Shown piece by piece: positions 19,117 through 28,000 of a stretch of 41,310 bases of DNA; positions within the stretch are counted from its first letter, which is position 1, and each line of letters starts with the position of its first letter. The position numbers and the translations under genes are program-made. Where the stretch lies: NCBI GenBank assembly GCA_041165265.1, contig JBEANU010000082.1, forward strand, positions 1 to 41,310. Reading direction: 5' to 3'. The DNA is from Bacteroidota bacterium (GTDB lineage: Bacteria; Bacteroidota; Bacteroidia; Chitinophagales; CAIODY01). The notes under the pieces were generated by a model that did no database searches, was not told where the DNA came from, and worked only from the letters and a program-made list of their open reading frames with translations.

Positions 19117-19411
19117 TTTTCGATTGATGAAAGGTGTGTTTACTTACCAAATCAACAACTTATCTGCTTTAGTTTTCATCCGTATCACACAGTGATGGTA
19201 CAGCCTATCTCTTCATTGATTAAGTGCAGGCCAATCGCCGAAGAGCAGGCAACTGGGGGCACTATGGTGGTTAATCTATCGATTAAGCAGCCATTGCGAA
19301 AGAAGTTTCGCCGTTTGAAAGTTTGTGAAAGTTTAGTTTTACTGGCAATGCTTCCAACGCCAGGTATGCTTATTTACAAAGAACATTGCTGTCAATTCCA
19401 AGGTCAGGCCC
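19041..19411 (-). ncRNA. ssrA: tmRNA (transfer-messenger RNA), about 371 nt, tag peptide GETSFAMAA
   Basis: The minus-strand 5' end is GGGCCTGACCTTGGAATTGACAGC (compare the canonical GGGGCUGAUUCUGGAUUCGAC). The 3' end is CACCCGGGTTCGAAACCCGGCAGGTCCACC, with T-arm CCGGG/TTCGAAA/CCCGG. The 7-bp acceptor stem includes G3:U70, followed by discriminator A and CC. The tag ORF is GGC GAA ACT TCT TTC GCA ATG GCT GCT TAA (19313-19284). Confidence 0.9.
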
Positions 19412-19444
19412 TTTGAATTTTATTGAAGCCCTAAAGGTAATCAT

Positions 19445-20221
19445 TTAAAATCGTGGTGCTTCAATTAAATTTCGTTTGGGTTTTGGATATTTAAAATTAC
19501 CACTTCGGTTTATTATTTCACCCACACAATAACCAATGGCAGCGCCTAATACCACATCGCTTGCCCAATGTTTATTATCATTAATTCGGGATAAGCCAAC
19601 ACCCGTTGCAATTGCATAAATAGGTATCTGCCAATATTTATTTTTTACATTATAGGCAATTACCGAAGCCATTGCAAATGCATCACTTGTGTGGCCACTA
19701 GGGAATGAATGATACTTAAATGAATTCCAGATGAAATGAAAATTATTTGCATTTTCAGTTTGAAACGGGCGTTCACGTTGCGTAAAATATTTAATTGAAC
19801 CGGTGATGCCTGCGCTTAGTACCAATGCCTTAAATGCCTGCAAGCCAGTATATTGCATATGGCGTTTATGAAAAATTAAGCCAGTTGCATACAGCACACC
19901 CATGGCGGTAAAACAGTATTTTCCGTTGCCCACTATTTGAAATGAATTTGATATTTTATCTCTATCATTAGTTCTGCTTAGCTGTACCTTATTTTTTATA
20001 TCGGTATCAAATTGATGAATAATAAATGTAGTAGCTAATGCACCAAAGCCAATTGCAACTTCTTTATCATTTAAATGCAATGGTTTTTTGATGATGCTTT
20101 TTATATCTTTTGAATAAGATGTTAAGTAGGTTGAATCAATATGAATGGCTTGTGCATTGGCATTATTGCACATCATAACACATATTACACTAACAATAAT
20201 GAAGCAAAATTTTAATTTCAT
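19445..20221 (-). CDS. PAP2-family (type 2 phosphatidic acid phosphatase-like) membrane phosphatase
   Basis: All three PAP2 motifs are present: KYFTQRERP (KxxxxxxRP), PSGHTS (PSGH) and SRINDNKHWASDV (SRxxxxxHxxxD). There is an N-terminal signal/TM segment. Confidence 0.85.
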   Translation of the reverse strand: MKLKFCFIIVSVICVMMCNNANAQAIHIDSTYLTSYSKDIKSIIKKPLHLNDKEVAIGFGALATTFIIHQFDTDIKNKVQLSRTNDRDKISNSFQIVGNGKYCFTAMGVLYATGLIFHKRHMQYTGLQAFKALVLSAGITGSIKYFTQRERPFQTENANNFHFIWNSFKYHSFPSGHTSDAFAMASVIAYNVKNKYWQIPIYAIATGVGLSRINDNKHWASDVVLGAAIGYCVGEIINRSGNFKYPKPKRNLIEAPRF

Positions 20222-20251
20222 AAAACAAACTGTATCACTTGTTTTGTTGAT

Positions 20252-21211
20252 TTACAATAAATCTTTAATGATTTTTTCAATCGTAATTCCTTCGGCTTCA
20301 GCTTTATAATTGCGTACCATTCTATGCCGTAATATAGGTTCAGCCACAGCTTTTACATCTTCAATATCGGGTGAAAATTTACCATTAACTGCTGCATGAC
20401 ATTTAGCACCTAATACTAAAAATTGTGATGCTCGTGGCCCTGCACCCCAACTGATATAATTATTAATGGAAGGTGTTGCTAATTCAGTATCGGGGCGGCT
20501 TTTAGCTGCCAATTTTACGGCATACTCCAACACATTATCAGCCATAGGTATTTTCCGAATCAACTTTTGGTAATACATAATTTGTTCGCCGGTAAGCACT
20601 TTTTCAACGCTTGCCGTTTCATTATTAGTAGTACTTTTTACAACATTTAATTCATCCATAAATTTTGGATATCCTAAAGTTATATGAAACATAAATCTAT
20701 CTAATTGGGCTTCGGGTAAAGGATACGTGCCTTCCTGCTCAATAGGGTTTTGAGTAGCTAATACAAAAAATGGTGCTGGTAATGCATACATTTTACCACC
20801 TACGGTTACGCATCTTTCTTGCATGGCTTCTAATAATGCTGATTGCGTTTTGGGTGGCGTTCGGTTTATTTCATCAGCCAAAATAATATTTGAAAACAAT
20901 GGGCCTTCAATAAATTTAAATTTACGTGATTCATCTAATATTTCAGCGCCGGTAATATCGCTGGGCATTAAATCGGGTGTAAACTGAATTCGTTTAAAAC
21001 CTAAATGCAAGGCATCGCTTATTGTTTTTACTAACAATGTTTTTGCCAAACCAGGTACACCAACTAATAAACTATGCCCATTACAAAATATTGAAATCAA
21101 CACTTTTTCTACTACTTCATCTTGCCCAATAATTACTTTACCTATTTCTTTTTTTAATTGATTGAAATGTTGGTGCAATCCTTTTACTGCTTCTACATCG
21201 CTGTTGTACAT
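20252..21211 (-). CDS. MoxR-family AAA+ ATPase
   Basis: Walker A is GVPGLAKT and Walker B region is ILADEINRTPPKTQSALLEAMQE. The 319-aa size and TQNPIEQEGTYPLPEAQLDRF are characteristic of MoxR/RavA-type ATPases. Confidence 0.92.
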   Translation of the reverse strand: MYNSDVEAVKGLHQHFNQLKKEIGKVIIGQDEVVEKVLISIFCNGHSLLVGVPGLAKTLLVKTISDALHLGFKRIQFTPDLMPSDITGAEILDESRKFKFIEGPLFSNIILADEINRTPPKTQSALLEAMQERCVTVGGKMYALPAPFFVLATQNPIEQEGTYPLPEAQLDRFMFHITLGYPKFMDELNVVKSTTNNETASVEKVLTGEQIMYYQKLIRKIPMADNVLEYAVKLAAKSRPDTELATPSINNYISWGAGPRASQFLVLGAKCHAAVNGKFSPDIEDVKAVAEPILRHRMVRNYKAEAEGITIEKIIKDLL

Positions 21212-21236
21212 TGTATTTGTGCTAATTTTTTTTAAG

Positions 21237-22580
21237 TTAATTTTCTTTTATCCAACCTTGCATAGTGCTGCAATTTTTATATTCATCATCAATAATAATA
21301 TAATTTTTTACCGTAGTTCGGTTCATCCAATCTAACATTTTTTGCTGCTGTTTTTTATTGATTGTGGCTTGCTGAAGTTTAGCGTAATCATCATTCAAAT
21401 TGGCTTTGTGAGGCATAGTTTTGGTTTTTAGCCAAACTATTCGTGTAGCATCTTTTCCATCCATTGTTTTAAAAATAACAGGTTTTGAAATTTGTCCTAC
21501 CTTCATGCTATCTACCACAAAAAATAAATCGGGTTCAACTAATTGTGCATCAAGCAAACTATTGCCATCATTGGGGTTTTGAACCAAACCACCATTTGTT
21601 TTTGTAGCTTCATCAGTTGAATATTGATCAACCGCTTTTTTAAAAGTAATTGAATCAGCTATAATTTTTTTTCTGATAGTATCTAATTTCATCATGGCTA
21701 CTGTTAACTCATCAATGCCCGTTTTAGGCACTAATAATATATGCTTTGCTTTTGCCTTTTCACCTTGTTTGGCTGTCATTTTTATTAGATGATAGCCGTA
21801 TTGTGTTTCAACAATATCGCTTAATTCACCATCTTTTAATTTAAAAAGTGCCGATTCAAATTCAGGAACCATTTGCCCACGGGCAACTAATCCTAAATCA
21901 CCACCTTTGATGGCACTACCAGGGTCTTCAGAATACAACTTTGCTTGACTATCAAAACTTACTCCACCTACAATTTTTTCTTTGATTTCCATCAGTTGTT
22001 TTTTAGCAGCCATTTTTGACTCCATACTTACTTTGGGGGCAATTATTATTTCACCAATTTCATATTCAGCATTAATATAAGGTAATGAATCAGTAGGAAT
22101 ATTTTCAAAATATTTTTTTACTTCCATGGGCGATACTTTTGATTCGGCCGTAATTTTTTGCTGCATCCTTTGAGCCAAAAGTTGCTCCTGTACCGCTTCT
22201 CTGAACTCTTCCTTAAATTTTAAAATAGGTTTATGGTAATATTCTTCAAATTTTTCTTTGCTGCCCACTTGGCCAATAAAATAGTTCATCCGCCTATCCA
22301 ATTCATTTTCAATTTCATCATTACTTACCACCACACTATCATGGTTAGCTTGCGCCACCATCAACTTTTGTAACATCATTTGTTGGTACACATAACATCT
22401 TGAATCAGCATTTATAGTAGCACCTTGCGCTGCCATTTGATTTAACTGAGTTTGCACATCTGATTGTAACACAATTTTATTATCAACTATTCCAATAATT
22501 TTATCAGCTATTTTATTTTGAGCAAAAGCAAAATTTTTACTTAAAATAAAAATAATTACTGCAATAATATTTTTCATCAT
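21237..22580 (-). CDS. SurA-like periplasmic peptidyl-prolyl cis-trans isomerase (parvulin/PpiC domain)
   Basis: Signal peptide MMKNIIAVIIFILSKNFAFAQ. The parvulin motif is GGDLGLVARGQMVPEFESALFKLKDGELSDIVETQYGYHLIKM. ATG at 22580 is preferred; the ORF track starts at GTG 22595. Confidence 0.85.
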   Translation of the reverse strand: MMKNIIAVIIFILSKNFAFAQNKIADKIIGIVDNKIVLQSDVQTQLNQMAAQGATINADSRCYVYQQMMLQKLMVAQANHDSVVVSNDEIENELDRRMNYFIGQVGSKEKFEEYYHKPILKFKEEFREAVQEQLLAQRMQQKITAESKVSPMEVKKYFENIPTDSLPYINAEYEIGEIIIAPKVSMESKMAAKKQLMEIKEKIVGGVSFDSQAKLYSEDPGSAIKGGDLGLVARGQMVPEFESALFKLKDGELSDIVETQYGYHLIKMTAKQGEKAKAKHILLVPKTGIDELTVAMMKLDTIRKKIIADSITFKKAVDQYSTDEATKTNGGLVQNPNDGNSLLDAQLVEPDLFFVVDSMKVGQISKPVIFKTMDGKDATRIVWLKTKTMPHKANLNDDYAKLQQATINKKQQQKMLDWMNRTTVKNYIIIDDEYKNCSTMQGWIKEN

Positions 22581-22701
22581 TCGTTTGTTCACCACTGTAA
22601 TTAATTAGTTTTTTTTGAATATCGATTAAACGCAAAAATACATTTTGTTATTTCATTTAATTGATAATAAATAAATATTTGGAATATTTTTGCAATCAAT
22701 T

Positions 22702-23541
22702 ATGAATCAACGCTTCGGAAATCAAGGACCAATTACGCCAGCAATATTAAACCTGATTATTATTAATGTGATTTTGTTTGTTGCAAAATTAATTTTTGCT
22801 AATAATCAAATACTTCATCTTGATAAATTATTAGGGCTTTATTTTCCGCAAAACAATAATTTTAAAATTTGGCAAATTGTATCACACCTATTTATGCATG
22901 CTGATTTTATGCATTTGGCGCTAAACATGTTTTCATTATGGATGTTTGGTACTGTGCTTGAAAAAGTGTGGGGTGCAAAACGATTTTTGATATACTATTT
23001 TATCACTGGTTTAGGTGCAGCACTATGTTACATGGCTGTGCAATATTATAGCCTTTGGCAGGCTATTCAATCAGCTAATTTGTTTTTAGCACATCCGTCG
23101 GCAGCGGCTTGTACTGATTTTTTAAAAACAAATTCATTGCAATTAAGTGATGACTCTATGCAACTTTTACAACAATGGAAATTACATCCTAATGATTACA
23201 ACCTACTACAAACATTCAAGCAAATGATTGCTGATTATAAACTGAATTGTATGCAGTTAGATGGTAGATTTTCAGTACCTATTATTGGTGCATCAGGCGC
23301 TGTATATGGTGTATTATTGGGTTATGGGTATCTGTTTCCTAATACCATTATTTACATGCAATTTTTTATTCCTGTAAAAGCAAAATATTTAGTTTTGATT
23401 TATGCTGGTATTGAATTGCTATCAACCTGGCAAAATGTGCCTGGTGATAATGTAGCGCATGTGGCACATTTGGGTGGTATGTTATTCGGCTTTATCCTTT
23501 TATTTTTTTGGCAAAAAACAAACAAAAACTCATTTTATTAA
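22702..23541 (+). CDS. Rhomboid-family intramembrane serine protease
   Basis: HLFMHADFMHLALNMFSLWMFG is the TM2 H/N motif, GASGAVYG is the catalytic GxSG, and AHVAHLGGMLFG carries the catalytic His. ATG at 22702 is preferred; the track starts at TTG 22690. Confidence 0.85.
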   Translation: MNQRFGNQGPITPAILNLIIINVILFVAKLIFANNQILHLDKLLGLYFPQNNNFKIWQIVSHLFMHADFMHLALNMFSLWMFGTVLEKVWGAKRFLIYYFITGLGAALCYMAVQYYSLWQAIQSANLFLAHPSAAACTDFLKTNSLQLSDDSMQLLQQWKLHPNDYNLLQTFKQMIADYKLNCMQLDGRFSVPIIGASGAVYGVLLGYGYLFPNTIIYMQFFIPVKAKYLVLIYAGIELLSTWQNVPGDNVAHVAHLGGMLFGFILLFFWQKTNKNSFY

Positions 23542-23553
23542 TTGTAAAAATTA

Positions 23554-24582
23554 ATGCGCAATAAAAAATTAAATTTTGCTGTAATTGGCTGTGGTAATAT
23601 AGGTACAAGGCATTTGCATGAATTATTACAACATAAAAATGCAAATGTAATAGCGGTATGTGATATTGATGAACGCAAAAATCCATCATCAAAAATTGAA
23701 GGCGATTATCAATTCACTACATCATTTCATTCCATATTAAAAAATAAAAATATTGATATTGTAAATATTTGTACGCCACATTATTTACATGCCGCAATGA
23801 GCATTAATGCATTAAAAAGCAATAAGCATGTATTGGTTGAAAAGCCCATGTGCATTAGCTACAACGATGCAAAAAAAATGAATGCAGCAGCTACCAAATA
23901 TCAAAAACAATTGGTAGTTGTAAAACAAAACAGATATAATTTTCCGGTACAAGAGGTAGATAAATTATTGGTAAAAAATAAATTAGGAAAAATTATTGAA
24001 GTGCACTGTAGCATACTTTGGAACAGAAATGATGCCTACTATTCCTCATCAGATTGGAGAGGAAAAATAGCTACCGAAGCAGGTGCATTATTTACGCAAG
24101 GCAGCCATTTTATTGATTTATTAGTACATTGGTTTGGTGCAATAAAAAGTACACATGCCATAATTTCAACCCTGAATCATTCCATCGAAATTGAAGATAG
24201 CGGAAATGCTACCGTAAAATTTACTAGCGGAACTATTGGGAAAATAAATTGGAGCAATAATGTTTTTCAAAAAAATTACGAAGGCAGTATTACAATTTTT
24301 GGTGAAAAGGGAACTGTAAAAATTGGCGGGCAATATTTAAATAAAATTGAATACTGGGATGTGTCATCTATTCAACAACCTATTCAAAAAAATGTAATAG
24401 ATGCTCAAAACCAATACCAAAGCGGCTATCAAGGTAGTAGCAGCAATCATCATTTAGTATTTAATGATATCATCAATCGAATTTTATTTAATAAAAAAGT
24501 ACATTTGGTACAAGGTGATGAAGCAGCAAAATCAATTGATGCTATTCAAAAAATATACAAATCAGCTAAACAATTAAACTAA
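23554..24582 (+). CDS. Gfo/Idh/MocA-family NAD(P)-dependent oxidoreductase
   Basis: Rossmann N-terminus NFAVIGCGNIGTRHL, the conserved VLVEKPM motif, and a 342-aa size typical of the family. Confidence 0.85.
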   Translation: MRNKKLNFAVIGCGNIGTRHLHELLQHKNANVIAVCDIDERKNPSSKIEGDYQFTTSFHSILKNKNIDIVNICTPHYLHAAMSINALKSNKHVLVEKPMCISYNDAKKMNAAATKYQKQLVVVKQNRYNFPVQEVDKLLVKNKLGKIIEVHCSILWNRNDAYYSSSDWRGKIATEAGALFTQGSHFIDLLVHWFGAIKSTHAIISTLNHSIEIEDSGNATVKFTSGTIGKINWSNNVFQKNYEGSITIFGEKGTVKIGGQYLNKIEYWDVSSIQQPIQKNVIDAQNQYQSGYQGSSSNHHLVFNDIINRILFNKKVHLVQGDEAAKSIDAIQKIYKSAKQLN

Positions 24583-24616
24583 ACTTGCGGCCTTAAATTT
24601 TCATATATTTACATTT

Positions 24617-24922
24617 CTGAAAAAAGTAATTTACATATTATTTAGTGTTTATTTTTTAGCATTGGCAATAATGCCTTGTGGCGATAAAGATGGCTGTAAT
24701 GAAGTGAAACAGGAACAAACTTCGCATGATGGTCATGAAAAAACAGATGAATTATGTTCCCCATTTTGTTTTTGCAATTGCTGTGCTACACACTTCATTA
24801 TTAAAGATTATCATGTAGTTTTTAATGAACTACCTGAAACACAAAACTTGCCTATTGCTTTTATTGAAGCACATCACGATGGTGCTATTTCAGCTATTTG
24901 GCAACCGCCAAAAGTTTCTTGA
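24617..24922 (+). CDS. Small Cys-rich membrane-anchored protein preceding the metal efflux pump (DUF6660-like); start uncertain (CTG 24617 vs TTG 24662 / ATG 24671)
   Basis: The CSPFCFCNCC motif plus His/Asp/Glu-rich segment (SHDGHEKTDE) matches, from memory, a family found upstream of czcA in Bacteroidetes. The hydrophobic N-terminus KKVIYILFSVYFLALAIMPCGD is in frame upstream of the first canonical start, with the preceding stop at 24575-24577. Confidence 0.6.
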   Translation: MKKVIYILFSVYFLALAIMPCGDKDGCNEVKQEQTSHDGHEKTDELCSPFCFCNCCATHFIIKDYHVVFNELPETQNLPIAFIEAHHDGAISAIWQPPKVS

Positions 24923-25076
24923 TTTTTATTTTTATCTAGTTTTATTGTAATTAAAATAGTACTCAAACTTAATGCTGGGTGCATCATCTATTCGTTTCAT
25001 AAACTTTACTATAAGTTTTAAGAAAGGCTGTGGTAAATAATTAAAATTAATCTGACTTCAAAAAAAAACAAAAATC

Positions 25077-28000
25077 ATGTTTGATAAACTCATACAATTT
25101 TCAATCAAAAATAAATTGGCGGTAGGATTGTTCACCCTTTTTTTGATTATATGGGGTATATATTCTTTTCAAAAATTACCCATTGATGCGTTGCCTGATA
25201 TCACCAATAATCAAGTAACAGTATTAACTACAGCACCAACAGTGGCAGCTCAAGAGATGGAAACTTTCATCACCAATCCACTTGAATTGGCCATGTCAAA
25301 CCTACCTGATGTTACTGAAATTCGCTCCATATCACGTTCAGGTTTATCGGTTATCACAGTAGTATTTGCTGATGCTATAACAACGCTAAACGCTAGGCAG
25401 TTGGTAGCTGAAAAAATTAAACAAGCCGAAGAACAAATACCTTCAGGCTTAGGAAAGCCTGAATTAGGGCCCATTACAACAGGGCTGGGTGAAATATACC
25501 AATATACATTGCATACTAAAAAAGGATTTGAAGGAAAATATTCAGCACAAGAATTAAGAACATGTCAAGATTGGATAGTTCGTCGTCAATTAGCTGGTGT
25601 GCCCGGTATTACTGAGGTTAATGCTTGGGGTGGCGAACTAAAACAATATGAAATTTCAATTGATCCTACTCTATTAAATGCTATGAATATTACACTATCA
25701 GACATATTTGAAGCTGTGCATAATGGTAATGAAAATACTGGCGGCGCATATATTGAAAAAGGCTCAAATGTAGCATTTATAAGAGGTATAGGCATGGTAA
25801 ATACAATTGACGACATTGAAAAAATTGTTATTAAAACCCGTAATAATATTCCAGTTTTAATACGAGATGTAGGAACAGTGCATGTAGGCAATGCTACTAG
25901 GTTTGGCGCCATTACTCGAAATGGTGAAGGCGAAGTAGTAGCCGGAATGACCTTAATGTTGAAAGGCGAAAACTCATCCAAAGTGATTGAAGATGTAAAA
26001 AAACGAATGATTGAAATTCAAAAAACTCTTCCTGAGGGTATGGTGATTGACCCTTATATTGAACGTTCATCCCTTGTAGAACGTGCCATTGGAACTGTTG
26101 AACGCAATTTAATTGAAGGTGGATTGATTGTAATTTTTGTACTGGTTTTACTTTTAGGAAATATTAGAGCCGGATTAATTGTAGCCTCTGTAATTCCGTT
26201 GGCCATGTTGTTTGCTATCAGCATGATGCATTTATTTAATGTATCGGGTAACCTGATGAGCCTTGGCGCTATTGACTTTGGGCTGATTGTAGATGGTGCT
26301 GTAATTATTGTTGAGGCTACTATTCATCATTTAATTTCAAAAAAACGAACAGCCATTTTATCGCAAACTGAAATGGATGAAGAGGTATATCAATCGGCCA
26401 CTACCATCCGTAAATCAGCCGCTTTTGGTGAAATAATTATTCTAATTGTATATCTACCCATATTAGCTTTAGTGGGTATTGAGGGTAAAATGTTTGCACC
26501 TATGGCACAAACAGTTGCTTTTGCCATTGCAGGCGCATTGCTGCTTTCACTTACTTATGTGCCTATGGTTTCAGCTTTATTTTTAAGCAAAAAAATAGTT
26601 GATAAAAAAACAATTTCTGACCGATTAATGATGGCTATTGAAAAAATATATACCCCAATAATTACAAAATCATTGCAATTAAAAGGTGTAATAATTTCAT
26701 CTACAATACTATTATTTATACTTAGTGTATTTATGTTTTTAAAATTAGGAGGTGAATTTATTCCCACTTTGGAAGAGGGAGATTTTGCAATTGAGTTTGG
26801 TATGATGCAAGGTACATCACTCCAACAAATGGCTGAAACTACCACCAATGCTGAAAAAATTTTGAAATCAACTTTTCCTGAAGTGTTACAAGTAGTTACT
26901 AGAATTGGTTCGCCTGAAATTCCTACTGACCCTATGCCCATGGAACGTGCTGATATTATGGTAGCATTAAAACCAAAAAATGAATGGACAAGCGCTTCAT
27001 CAAAAGAGGAAATGATGGAAAAAATGAAAACCATTTTATTGCAACATTTAGCAGGCGTTAATTTAGAAATCACACAGCCCATTCAAATGCGATTTAATGA
27101 ATTGATGACAGGTGTAAGGCAGGATATAGCTGTAAAAATTTATGGGGATGATATGATTACATTAGCCGATGAGGCTGAAAAAGTTTCAAAAATAATAACC
27201 ACAATTAACGGGGTTGAAAATCCGATAATTGAAAAAGTAAATGGCTTGCCTCAAATCACCGCCACTTATCGCAGAGATAAATTAGCACAGTATGGCGTAA
27301 AAGTAAGTGATGTAAATAAGGTGATATCCACTGCGTTTGCAGGCCAAAAAGCTGGAGTAATATTTGAAGGCGATAAAAAATTTGATGTAGTTGTTCGGTT
27401 CAATAAAAATTTTCGACAAAATATGGATGACCTAAGTCAGCTATATGTAATTACTGATAACGGAATTAAAATTCCACTTCACCAAATTGCAGATATTAGC
27501 TACAAGGAAGGCCCAGAGCAGATTTCGCATGATAATACTAAGCGCCGAATTGTTATTGGGTTCAATTCAAAAAATAGAGATGTGGAAAGTGTAGTAGCTG
27601 ATATTCAAACTAAATTAGAAAATTATAAACTTCCTATAGGCTACTATTTTTTATACGGTGGGCAATTTCAAAATTTGAAAGAAGCCAAGCAACGCCTTTC
27701 CATAGCCGTACCCGTGGCATTATTGCTTATTTTCGTTTTATTATTTTTCACTTTTGGTTCAGTAAAACAAGCCTTACTAATTTTTACAGCCATTCCGCTT
27801 TCGGCTATTGGCGGTGTGTTGGCGCTTTATATCAGAGGCATGCCTTTTAGTATTTCGGCCGGAGTTGGCTTCATTGCACTATTTGGTGTTGCTGTGCTAA
27901 ATGGTATAGTGATGATTGGATATTTCAATCAACTTAAAAAAGAAGGAGTAAATACTATTATTGATAGAGTATTGATGGGCACAAAAGTTAGATTACGGCC

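Noticed and set aside
19192-19416. 74-aa plus-strand ORF
   Set aside because: It lies entirely antisense to the tmRNA gene (19041-19411) and has no protein-like features, so the RNA gene explains the region.
25250-27082. Minus-strand ORFs of 74, 131 and 175 aa inside the RND pump gene
   Set aside because: They are antisense shadow ORFs of a strongly supported CzcA-like CDS. No motifs were recognised and their composition mirrors the sense-strand codons.
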